From Leucoraja erinacea (taxonomy: Eukaryota), in NCBI RefSeq assembly GCF_028641065.1, contig NC_073385.1, positions 13,454,001-13,518,000 of the forward strand: a stretch of DNA of 64,000 nt. Reading direction: 5' to 3'. The translations under genes and the position numbers were made by a program. The notes under the pieces were generated by a model. It was given only the letters and a program-made list of their open reading frames with translations, was not told where the DNA came from and made no database searches. Shown here one piece after another: positions 49,801 through 59,860 of this stretch. How positions within the stretch are numbered: the first letter of the stretch is position 1; each line of letters starts with the position of its first letter.

Positions 49801-52800
49801 AGATACAGGGGAAAGGGAATGTTTAGTGCAAAATAAAGTTCAGTAAAGTCCTATTCAAGATAGTCTGCGTGTCTCCAATGAGGTAGATGGGGGCGCTGCG
49901 AGCCGGCAGCCCTGCCAGCTACGTGTTCATTTTTTCTACTTTTTTTGTTTTTTTTGTGTTTCATCAGCCACGGGCGCAGCGAGGACTCTTTCGTCGTGGA
50001 GCGGGCGAGCCCTCGTTGGGGACCCCAGAGGAGAGGAGCTCTGACCGCCGGCCCCGTAGTCTGTGGTGTTTCTGACTGCGGCGCAGGTGGGGACTTTAGA
50101 TCTTCGACCGCCAGCTTGCGGCCTACACCATCTTGAAGCCGCAGTCCCCGGTGGGGTGGCACCGATTCAGGGCTTACCTGGACATACCTTGTCTGCACAT
50201 CTGGACGCCCACAGCGTCGGCTGCGGAAGGTTGTGGTCCCGACCACGGGGGAAAATGGAGGAGGACTGACCAAATTTTGTGCCTCCACCACAGTGATGAA
50301 TGCTGTGGTGGATGTTTGTGTTAATTTTTTATTGTGTATTTTGTGTTCTTTTTTATTGTACCGCTGCTGGCAAATTCATTGCAAGTGACGAATAAAACTT
50401 GACTTGACGGTAGCTTAGAACCGCTGTCTTGTTGTTGGTAGGATGGTTCAGCTTCCTGATGACACTGGGGCCTCTGAATCTGGAGGTGTGTGTTTTCACA
50501 CTTTAGTACCTCTTGCCAGATGGGAAAGTTGAGAAGAGGGAGTGACCGAGGTAAGATTCATCCCTGATTAGGTGGGTGGCATTCTACACACTGCCATTGT
50601 GTTGTTGGACATGGGTCATAGGACAACATAGTAAGTCAGTGGATGAGAATCTGATGGGCATTAGCGTACCTTGTCCTTCGACTGTCCTTGCCGAGCAATA
50701 GCATCAAATTTGATCTTTCCCTCCGAGTCCACCTGAACCGCCAGGGCATTGGATGCTTTTTTCTTGCGGCCCATTTCCAGTGGAAACTGGGCCATGTGGA
50801 CCTCTGGGAATGCACCTCCATCGCCAAAATCCTGGAGAGGAAAACAGACAAAATCATTACTATCACGAGTTACAGAATCAAAGGTTACAATTCATTCACT
50901 GAAATAACCAGCAGGTCTGGCCTCGTGGTGCATTGAAGAAGAAACAAAGCATTTCAGATTGCTAACTTTTTGTCTGAACCTTAAACATTAAACCATTTCT
51001 CTCTCCACACTCATCTGCTCAGTATTTCCATCGTGTTTTTATTTCAGATTTTCAACATCTGCAGTATTTTCCTTTTGGACCACATTCAGAATCTCTGCAA
51101 GCTCCAAGCCAAATTAATACTTCCAATTTCATATAGATTGTATTTTGGCCCAGAAACAAAAAAAATATTGATTTTTGTAAAACATTATAGCAGCACACAT
51201 AAAGGAGGTTAAATAACGCATTTCTTGTCAGATTCGCGTAGCTATGCATCGTGTTCAAGTTCTCAAATGCTTCAAGACAGTAAACTGCTATACATTTTAA
51301 AGCACTGTTTTAAAACAGAGCACTTTGTTTAGATATTTCCTCTTTTGTAGCCTATGTACATCACTTTCCTGATCCTTTTTGCACTGACTGACAGATTGGC
51401 TCTATAATTTGTTAAGAGAATAAAGAGATTGAGCCTGCAGAAAATCTTTACAAGAATGATCTCATGAATGAGTAGGTTAACCTATGATGAGCGTTTGTTG
51501 GCACTGGGCCTGTACTCGCTGGAGTTTACAAGAATGAATGGGGGCCTCATTGAAACAAACAGAATAGTGAAAGGCTTGGATAGAACGGATGTGGAGAGGA
51601 TGTTTCCACGAGTGGGAGAGTCTAGGGCTAGAGGTCATAGACTGAAAGGACGTTATTTTAGGAAGGAGATGACGAGGAATTTCGTTCGTCAGAGGGTGGT
51701 GAGTCTGTGGAATTCTTTGCCACAGAAGGCTGTGGAGGCCGTCAGTGGATATTTTTAAGGCAGAGATAGATTCTTGATAAGTACGGGTGTCAAAGGTTAT
51801 GGGGAGAAGGCAGAAGAATGGGGTTAGAGAGGGAGAGATAGATCAGCCATGATTGAATGGTGGAGTAGATTTGATGGGCCGAATGGTCTAATTCTATTCC
51901 TATTCCTTATGACCTTGAATGTGGCCATGCAGAGAACAATATGTATGTACTATTTTCAATTGTTTAAGAAAATATTTTAAAAAGTTGATCACAACTAGAA
52001 ACAGGGAAATCAGCAATACTTAAATGTTATTTGGTATTGACAGTGGGCAAGATGTTAGCAGATAGAATCCAGAGGACAGAATTGTGAAGTAGAAGGTAGA
52101 ATGGCAAACTAAATTTAAATGTAATGATACCACAAAATATTTAAAAAATAATGCACAAAACAGAGAGCAGGTATAACAACAAGTAATTAGGAAGGTTAAC
52201 AGACTATTATGTTTTCATTGCAAGAGGTATGGAACACAACTGCAAGCAATTTTTGATCTCCATATTTATATCGGAGTCAGTGCAAAGGCGGTTTAATAGG
52301 TTGGTTTATGTTCGCTTTATGTTATAAAAGAGAAATCGAGCAGGTTGAAGTTTCCTCTCAGACTTCTTTTCAGTTTTCAGTATTTTGTTAAATGTCATCA
52401 ACACTAACGCAATGCATACCAACAGCTAACCTCAAAAATGTGAATGGGAGGTGTGTCTATTAAACATTTGCTGTAACGGCAAACATGCCAATCCCTCTGA
52501 TTTCATTTCACTCTTGTGAAGAGCTGTGGCGCAGAATCTGAACAGCTTGAAATTAATTGAGACAATTTGCAATCAATAATGCTAAAGGTACCGATGTCAA
52601 TAGAAATGACTGTCATATCACAGATGTATGACTTGACAATGTTAATTACTGCAGCTAAATATTTAGTTGATGTACATGGCGTGGGTCAATTTTGTGAAAC
52701 GCAGGCAATTTGTTCACGACAAGGCTGCGGACGTTACCTCCAAGGAGCGCGGAACCCATCCCTTTCGGTGCCCATAGGGCGGAGGCTCTCTGCGTGATGC

Positions 52801-55800
52801 CACCAATGCTGTTTGCCTCGCCCGCTGAGCACGGGTCTTTTCTTCAGCTTCCAGCTGGTCCTGCGATAGCTGCGTTGGCGCAGGAAGAAAACTTTAAAAA
52901 TAAAAATAAAAATAAATGTTACTCCTTCTGATACACAGGAGCAAGGTAAAGACATCCCGACTTCTCCACTGTGGAACCACAACTGGAACCGAAGCACAGC
53001 GGTAAAAGCACGATCTGCCTGACCTGGTTACTTTCGTTCAGAGAACATCAGCCTTTTCATATCACATTGTGAACCAAGGACAAGGTCCAGCTGAATAACA
53101 GCTGGTGTGGGGCCATAAACTCCATGCCACGGGTACTGGATGCATAAAATCACTACACGTAAAATCTAAGCAAATTATACCTGGAACAGTTCCATTCTTG
53201 TGAATTCTTGTATTGTACGTGCTATTCAGTGATTTTTATATTTTTCGGCGAACTCTTTTTAATTAGGGATCTCGTGAAAGATTGTCTTTTCAATACAAGG
53301 TATGACTGTGGAGACTGTCCACACCTTTGGTGAGCACTTTATTTTGTAACCTATCCCTGACATACTTTGCCGCAGAACAAATATGTGAGAAACTTTTGAT
53401 CTGTGATCTGCCATATAAAAAGCTAAAGAACTCAAGAACTCATGGCATTGGGGGAAGCTTTAATGTGAATTGAAGAGCGGTCTTTAAATTGAAGATAGAG
53501 GAGTCCTTTACAGAATGGGACAATGTAACCCAGCAATTGATTCCTATCTCTATTATCTACTTACAGGAACCAGAGAGTAAAGCATCCAAGTTTGTTGATA
53601 ACATGAGAAAAGGTGGGATGTAAAGCTTTGATCAGGACGTATGGACTCTGCCACAGGATAGGTTGAGTGAGTGGGTGAAAACTTGGCAAAAAGGATTTAA
53701 TGCAGGAAAGTGATGCTTTTTAAAAAATATTTTATTTATTAGAAGTGAGTATAATGCATTGGTACAAAAACGATGTTAACATATTACATTCTCTGTACAA
53801 CTTCCCCCTTTTTTTTTAAAGAGAGAAGTGAGAAAGGAGAGAAGAAAAAGAGGTTGTGAAAAGTGAAGAATAGATTAGTGAGCGTGGGTGAAAAACCAAT
53901 AAAGAAAAAGTGAAAGAGAAGGAATAAGTGAAGAAGGAAAGCAGGAAGGAGATTATTCCATTGCCACAGTGAGATGATTTTTTAAAACATATATTAAATC
54001 ATCTTTCACCCATACCTGAAACTGTTGGTTTTCATGATACTATGTCACCACATGAATCCAAGAAATCAATAAATGGGGACCAACTCCTTAAGAATAGGTC
54101 TTGTTTGTCTATTAGGAGGAGTCTCATTTCTTCCAAATGTGCTGTGTCCAGCATATTACTGATCCACATTTTAAATGTTGGTATATTAGCATTTTTCCAA
54201 AATGTAAGTATAAGTTTTTTTGCTGTTATTAACCCATAATTAAAAAATGAGCTTTGGTGTGTATTTAATTTGTTCCCATCTCCACTTACTCCAAATATAA
54301 TCATTTCAGTGTTAGGTTCCATTTTTGTCTTAAATAGCTTTGAGAGTGAGGCGTTGGTAGAAGCAAACAGAAAGGAGACTATTAGAGTTATAGACCAAAC
54401 AACATGGAAGCAGGCCATTCAGCCCAATTCACCCGTGCTGGCCAAGTTGCTTAGCCTAACCTAGACCTTAGCCTGGCCCACATTCCAGGAAGGCTTTCCT
54501 ATTCATGTACCCAAGAGCTTTTAGTATTGTATTTTCCTTTGGAAGTTTTTTCACAGAGGGTACGTACCGTGGTCTGCGTGAAAATGTTGCATTGAACAAC
54601 ATTTAGAAGACATTTGGACAGTTACATGGATACGAAAGGTTAGAGTGCGATGGGTCAAAGGGATAATGTTAGGTGGAGCAGAAACAAAATGCTGGAGCAA
54701 CTCGGCGGGACAGGCAGCATCTCTCAAGAGAAGGAACGGGTGACGTTTCGGATCGAGACCCTTCTTCAGTCTGAATATTGACCCAATATTGTGTCTACCT
54801 TCGATTTAAACCAGCATCTGCAGTTCTTTCCTGCACATTAGATGGAGCATCTTGGTTGACACGGATGAGTTGGCCTCAAGGGCATTTCCGTGCTCTGTTA
54901 CTATGATAATGTACAAACATACAAATGTGGAGCATGAGTAGGCCCCTGGGCCCCTGGAGCCCACTCTCCATTTAATACAATCCTGACCGACCTGACTGTA
55001 ATCACAACTGCAGTCATCCTTTATCCATTAAATAGATCTCTTATTTTATCTACCAGCAATTGATCAATTGAAAGATGTAGCTTGGAAATGGGCCCTTCAG
55101 CCCACCGAATCCACATGGACCATTGGTCACCGATTAAAACTTGTTCCACGTTATCCCACTTTCGTATCGTAGAAACATAGAAAATAGGTGCAGGAGGAGG
55201 CCATTTGGCCCTTCGAGCCAGCACCGCCATTCATTGTGATCATGGTTGATCGTCCCCAATCAATAACCCGTGCCTCCCTTCTCCCAATATCCCTTGACTC
55301 CACTAGCCCCTAGAGCTCTATCTAACTCTCTCTTAAATCCATTCAGTGACTTGGCCTCCACTGCCCTCTGTGGCAACGAATTCCATAAATTCACAACTCT
55401 GGGTGAAAAAGTTTTTCTCACCTCAGTCTTAAATGACCTCCCCTTTATTCTAAGACTGTGGCCCCCTGGTTCTGGATTCGCCCAACATTGGGAACATTTT
55501 TCCTGCATCTAGCTTGTCCAGTCCTTTTATAATTTTATATGTTTCTATAAGACTCCCCCTCATCCTTCTAAACTCCAGTGAATACAAGCCTAGTCTTTTC
55601 AATCTTTCCACATATGACAGTCCTGCCATCCCAGGGAGCAATCTCGTGAACCTACGCTGCATTGCCTCAATCACAAGGATGTCCTTCCTCAAATTAGGAG
55701 CAAAACTGTACACAATATCCACTCCGGAAAGTTAGGGGAGAAATTTACAGAGGCCAATTAACAGCAAACGTGCACATCTTTAGGATGTGGGAAGAAACCG

Positions 55801-58800
55801 GAGAAAACCAATGCAGTCACAGGATGAACGTGCGAACTCTGCAAAAGGTCAAGATTGAACACGGGTCTCTGGCATGGCGTTGCAGCAGCTCTACCAGTTG
55901 AAGAAAGGCAAAATACTGGTATAATTCAGTGGGTCATGCTGCAACCCTGTTGAACGTGGATAGGTGATGTTTTGGGTCAGGACCCTTCTTCAGAGCCCAA
56001 CCTAAAAGGAGGAGCCCGACCTAAAATGTCACCTATCCATGTTCTCCAGGGATGCTGACCGACCTGCTAAATTACTCCAGCATTTTGTGTCTTTCTTTGG
56101 TAAACCAGCATGAGCAGTTCCTTGCTTCTCCAATTCTACCAGCTGTGCCACCATGCCACTGTTTGGCGTTCTTAACAAAGACAATGTTTTGATAATCAAC
56201 ACAGAACATAGAATCGTACAGCAAAATAACAGGCTCCTCGGCCCACAATATATGTGGCGAACATGATGCCAAGAACATCTCTATTCTACCTGCGAATAAT
56301 CCGTATGCCTTCATTTTCATATGCCTATCCAAAAGCCTCTTAAATATCATAGTATCCACCTCAACGACCAACCCTGGCAGCACATTAGACACTCGCCACC
56401 CTCTGTGAGAAAAAGTTGCCATGCACATCTCCTTTAAACTTTGCCCATCACTACCCCTAGTATTTGATTGTTCTATCCTGGGAACAAGGTTCTGGCCGCC
56501 TTAACATACTTAACCATAGTTTCAGAACTGCTGTAGCAGGTGTTTGAGAGGAAAAGCACATGATCAAAAAGATGCTATAAAAGATTTTGTACAAAGAACA
56601 TTGGTTGAAGTGCTCAAGGGTTGCCAATGGTACAATGTAGCAATGAATCACATTGGTCGTGATATTTCTGCGAATGTAAGTATGAATGTACAATAACCTA
56701 AATTCTATATAGTTGATGGGAAAGTGGGAGAATAAAACAGCTTGTAGGCTGGGAGTAAAATGGTCTTAATGGTCATATTTATGACATTGTTGTTTTGAAT
56801 TAATACTAATAAAAGTTAATGGAAAGGTTGAATAGATTCAGCGTAGGTTCACCCGGTTAATTCCCAGGATGGCGGGACTGACATATGATGAAAGAATCGG
56901 TCGACTGGGTTTGTATTCATTGGAATTTAGAAGGATGAGAGGAGATCTTATTGAAATATATAAAACTCTTGAAGGATTACAGGCGAGATGCAGGAAAAAT
57001 GTTCCCGATGTTGGGGGAGTCCAGAAACAGGGGTCACAGATTACAAATAAGGGGTAGGCCATTTAGGACTGAGATGAGGAAAAACTTTTTCGCCCAGAAA
57101 ATTGTGAATCTGTGGAATTTTCGGCCACAGAAGGCAGTGGATGCCAATTCACTAGATGTCTTCAAGAGAGAGTTAGATTTAGCTCTTAGGGCTAAAGGAA
57201 ACAAGGGATATGGGGAAAAAGCAGGAACAGGATACTGATTTTAGATGATCAGCCACAATCATATTGAATGGCCGTGCTGACTCAAAGGGCCGAATGGCCT
57301 ACTCCTGCACCTATTTTTCTATGTTAATAACCGGTCTCCAAGGTTGGGTTAAGAGCATTGACATCATCGGTACAACTGCATTAACATCCAAAATTTAAGT
57401 CAACACCATTATTGCTATAACCTAGAAGTGACTCCAAACGAAAATCTGTTAATCTAGTGGGTCCCTAATTTCTACAAGTCTAACATAAATCAACAAAAGC
57501 ACCATGAGGTAGAATAGCAAGAAAGAGTTATAAAGTTCGATGCAATGGTACATCAAAATTGTTGTGGTTCTAGTCAAGGTTCAAAGGAGGATTTTGATCG
57601 AGACCTATTTTACAGTACCTTCCTACGAAACTATTAGACAAATAATAATATGCATAAGGCTATATTTAATTTCACCAAAGTTGCAACTACCTGAAATGAT
57701 CAATTCAAATTACAGAATCCATGAATCATGCAACATAAATTGTGATTTGGCCCATTTGTGTCTTTGTCAAGAACTTGAAATTAGGTAACATCTGTACATT
57801 GGCGAGACCAAGCGCAGGCTCGGCGATCGTTTCGCCGAACACCTTCACTCAGTCCGTTTTAACCTACCTGATCTCCTGGTTGCTCAGCACTTTAATTCCC
57901 CCTCCCAATCCCAATCTGACCTTTTTGTCCTGGGCCTCCTCCATTGTCAGAGTGAGGCCCAGCACAAATTGGAAGAACAGCACCTCATATTTTGCTTGGG
58001 TAGTTTACACCCCAGCAGTATGAGCATTGACTTCTCTAACTTCAAATAGCCCTTGCTCTCCCTCCATCCCCTCCCCAGTTCTCCCACCAGTCTTACTGTC
58101 TCCGACTACATTCTATCTCTGTCCCGTTCACTCCCCTGACATCAGTCTGAATAAATGCCTCTTACCCTAGACGTCACCCATTCCTTCTCTCCAGAGATGC
58201 TGCCTGTCCCGCTGAGTTACTCCAGCATCTTGTGTCTACCTTTGAAATTAGGCCCCCTCTGCACTCACCAGGGTAATGCAATTTTTCCTCATTCCTCATT
58301 TAAAAAAAAAAGAATAACATTTCCTTTTTATTTATTTCCAATGTGTGCATCTTTTTGAGGTGTTGAGAGTTACCATGGCAGCAACTATGTGGTAACGCCA
58401 GATACTACACACCATCACAATTAGCCCATTACCAACAAACCTTAGTTTTTAAGGTCAATGAGATTAATCACATTTAGAATGTATCAAAACAGGATCCCAG
58501 AAAACAAAATTCAAGAAACTTGGACAACTATTAAAATAGCAAAAAATGCGTTCCCTGAGACCAATGAGATCAAGTGTATGAGGGGAATAGATCAGGCAGA
58601 CCCACTGTCTCTTGCCCAGAGTGGGCGAATCGAAAACCAGTGTGCATACGTTTAAGGTGAAGGGGGGGGAAAGATTCTAAAGGAACCCGAGGGGTAACCT
58701 TTTCACACAGGGTGGTGGGTGTATGGAACAAGGTGCCAGAAGAGGCAGTTGAGGCAGGGACTATCATAGTGTTTAAGAAACATTCAGACAGGTACATGGA

Positions 58801-59337
58801 TAGGTACATGGATAGGACAGGCTAGGAGGGATATAGACCAAACACAGGCAAGTGGGACGAGTGCAGATGGGACATGTTGGGCCAGTTGGGCCGAACGGCC
58901 TGTTTCCAGACTGTGTGACTATGATTATTTATTTTTCTGACTCTAGCATAATAAAATTAATAGAGTATGGACTTAGCCAGAAATGTAACATGTGTGGGGG
59001 GGGTGTACAACCCACCCGCGGCGTTGCTCCCATTTCTGTCACCCTCCACTATCCCATCTCTAGGTAGGTAACTTGGCGCTGGTGGATGGATCAGCATCCA
59101 GTCAAAGGCCAACCAGGCACCAACCAACCAGGCCCACCACCAGCGCTGAAGGTGCCAACACAATCTGCAACATCTCCTGGCTTATTCCACAGCAGGTTTT
59201 TGTTGTTGTTTTTTGGGACGAGCTCGCGTTTCTTTATACACAAGAAGGCTGCCCCGAACGCTGAGCAGCGCCCCACCTCCCCCAACAACAACTTATGACA
59301 GGAATTATAAAACAGAACCAAACCTCGTCAGCGCCAT
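31684..59337 (-). CDS. SNW1: SNW domain-containing protein 1 (SKIP/Prp45 spliceosome factor), 14 exons; exon 12 carries a 13-nt frameshift insertion in this sequence
   Basis: 14 GT/AG exons encode [23 protein letters not shown]..., [43 protein letters not shown] and ...[17 protein letters not shown]...KKRRKE*. Summed CDS is 1627 nt = 1614 (537 aa + stop) + 13. Confidence 0.97.
32047..32239. mobile_element. Short fold-back Penelope-derived element with 15-bp TSD
   Basis: Inverted arms; ctaccatcatttaca at 32032-32046 and 32240-32254. Confidence 0.85.
32148..32178 (+). ncRNA. Minimal hammerhead-ribozyme-like motif (best-preserved core of ~20 copies)
   Basis: CTGAAGA-A-GGGTC-TC-GACCC-GAAAC-GTC = CUGANGA core, helix II, GAAA, palindromic ACGU helix III and GUC cleavage triplet. 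Helix I is poorly formed in this copy. Confidence 0.6.
32756..32919 (-). CDS. SNW1: SNW1 exon 13
   Basis: [54 protein letters not shown]. Confidence 0.95.
33059..33189 (-). CDS. SNW1: SNW1 exon 12 (131 nt, frameshifted by +13 nt)
   Basis: [21 protein letters not shown] reads in one frame and [17 protein letters not shown] in another. Confidence 0.9.
34266..34362 (-). CDS. SNW1: SNW1 exon 11
   Basis: [31 protein letters not shown]. Confidence 0.94.
34480..34790 (+). mobile_element. Penelope-like 3' fragment with terminal repeat
   Basis: [15 protein letters not shown], then ctgaagaagggtctcgacccgaaac. Confidence 0.8.
35095..35364 (+). mobile_element. 3' end of the same young CR1 family, nested in an older minus-strand CR1 3' end
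   Basis: Near-identical to ~9165-9430; AAGT repeated at both junctions (35091-35094, 35365-35368). Confidence 0.85.
35369..35790 (-). mobile_element. CR1 LINE 3' fragment
   Basis: [12 protein letters not shown]...[14 protein letters not shown]. Confidence 0.8.
36339..36480 (-). CDS. SNW1: SNW1 exon 10
   Basis: [47 protein letters not shown]. Confidence 0.95.
36612..36728 (-). CDS. SNW1: SNW1 exon 9
   Basis: [39 protein letters not shown]. Confidence 0.96.
37683..37925 (-). mobile_element. Tx1/L1-like LINE 3' end
   Basis: [12 protein letters not shown]...[10 protein letters not shown]-terminus; AATAAA followed by a homopolymer. Confidence 0.6.
38200..39110 (+). repeat. CpG-rich non-autonomous retroelement-like repeat
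   Basis: GC-rich body, T-rich 3' region, gacaataaa + (AATAC)n tail; shares 3' motifs with 2845-3432 and 49888-50407. Confidence 0.6.
39604..39669 (-). CDS. SNW1: SNW1 exon 8 (SNW motif)
   Basis: [22 protein letters not shown]. Confidence 0.96.
39950..40830 (+). mobile_element. Degenerate CR1 LINE 3' fragment
   Basis: Remnants of [16 protein letters not shown] and LVRSHLE. Confidence 0.7.
41445..41643. mobile_element. Short fold-back Penelope-derived element with 15-bp TSD
   Basis: Near-perfect palindrome centred at ~41517; ggagtatagttttaa at 41430-41444 and 41644-41658. Confidence 0.85.
41750..43330 (+). mobile_element. CR1 LINE RT/3' fragment interrupted by a Penelope-derived insert
   Basis: [39 protein letters not shown] and YSLEFRRMR in broken frames. 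Confidence 0.9.
44220..44289 (-). CDS. SNW1: SNW1 exon 7
   Basis: [23 protein letters not shown]. Confidence 0.95.
44685..44789 (-). CDS. SNW1: SNW1 exon 6
   Basis: [34 protein letters not shown]. Confidence 0.95.
45913..46019 (-). CDS. SNW1: SNW1 exon 5
   Basis: [35 protein letters not shown]. Confidence 0.95.
47315..47828 (-). mobile_element. V-type SINE interrupted by an inverted copy of its own flanking DNA
   Basis: SINE segments at 47315-47548 and 47722-47828. Confidence 0.7.
48281..48376 (-). CDS. SNW1: SNW1 exon 4
   Basis: [32 protein letters not shown]. Confidence 0.95.
48500..49632 (+). mobile_element. Rex1/Babar-like (CR1/L2 group) LINE, RT C-terminal fragment
   Basis: [51 protein letters not shown]; ends AATAAA + (TCTA)n. 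Confidence 0.85.
49888..50407 (+). repeat. CpG-rich non-autonomous retroelement-like repeat nested in a LINE 3' UTR fragment
   Basis: GC-rich body; AATAAA + (CTTGA)n tail. Confidence 0.55.
50670..50831 (-). CDS. SNW1: SNW1 exon 3
   Basis: [54 protein letters not shown]. Confidence 0.95.
51445..51915 (+). mobile_element. CR1 LINE 3' fragment
   Basis: LGLYSLEF...[11 protein letters not shown]. Confidence 0.8.
52738..52891 (-). CDS. SNW1: SNW1 exon 2
   Basis: [51 protein letters not shown]; AAG acceptor, gtaacg donor. Confidence 0.93.
53720..54340 (-). mobile_element. L1-clade LINE ORF2 C-terminus and 3' UTR
   Basis: IIFG...[21 protein letters not shown]...WSPFIDFL; AATAAA at the end. Confidence 0.75.
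55170..55720 (-). mobile_element. CR1 LINE 3' fragment nested in a SINE
   Basis: [35 protein letters not shown]. Confidence 0.85.
56835..57325 (+). mobile_element. CR1 LINE 3' fragment
   Basis: [29 protein letters not shown]. Confidence 0.85.
57786..58241 (+). mobile_element. Penelope-like element 3' fragment
   Basis: [16 protein letters not shown] remnant, similar to 20755-21200; TSD ttgaaattagg at 57775 and 58242. Confidence 0.85.
58570..58925 (+). mobile_element. CR1 LINE 3' fragment
   Basis: ttcacacagggtggtgggtgtatggaac ... gggccgaacggcctgtttcc CR1 3' region. Confidence 0.7.
59324..59337 (-). CDS. SNW1: SNW1 exon 1 (coding part)
   Basis: aaaATG GCG CTG ACG AG|gtttgg = MALT(S). Confidence 0.88.
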
Positions 59338-59860
59338 TTTCTCTCAGTGTCGCTGCTGTCGCTGCCACTTTGCGTCTGACGTCACGCCGCAAGCGCGGCC
59401 ATCCCGCAGTCTGCTATCGGATCTTTGGCGCCAACCAACGGCCCTCGGCTGACGTCACGCCGCACGCAGTCTGCTATAGGATCTTTGGCGCCAACCAACG
59501 GCCCTCGGCTGACGGCGCCTTCGATGCCTCAAGCCGCCAGCGCAAAGCCTCATGGAAGTTGTAGTCCGCCACAACCTGATTCAATTTTTCACACACGAAG
59601 TAAAGAGTAGTTATTTTCCTTACAGAAATACTACCTTCTGCGAGGAGCATTTATTTCATGATGTCAACTTAAAAATTATATCTGTTCTTTAAAACGTATT
59701 TTAAAGCGTTGTAGTTTCTTTCTAACCGTTCCCTGCTTAAATACATGGGAGTGTTGGACCATGTGGACTACATCTCCCATAGATCTTTGCCCGACAGAGG
59801 CAGGTCACGGGTCAGAGCTCCCTGTGAGCCGGACGCTGAAATTGACAGTAGCTGGTAAGT
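59332..59860. promoter_or_regulatory. SNW1 promoter, probably bidirectional (CRE, E2F, YY1 and ZNF143/THAP11-type motifs)
   Basis: TGACGTCA at 59377 and 59450; TTTGGCGC at 59424 and 59484; CGCCATTTT (YY1-like) over the ATG; ACTACA-nn-TCC(C)A-type motifs at 59553-59565 (minus) and 59767-59779 (plus); CpG-rich. Confidence 0.8.
59780..59854 (+). other. Candidate non-coding first exon of a divergent gene (ADCK1 expected by vertebrate synteny)
   Basis: Strong donor CTG|GTAAGT at 59855, just downstream of a plus-strand ACTACATCTCCCA promoter motif. No coding exon is seen in the window, so the identity is inference only. Confidence 0.4.

Noticed and set aside
31684-59337. SNW1 as a pseudogene
   Set aside because: Only one lesion; all other exons, splice sites and the promoter are intact and highly conserved
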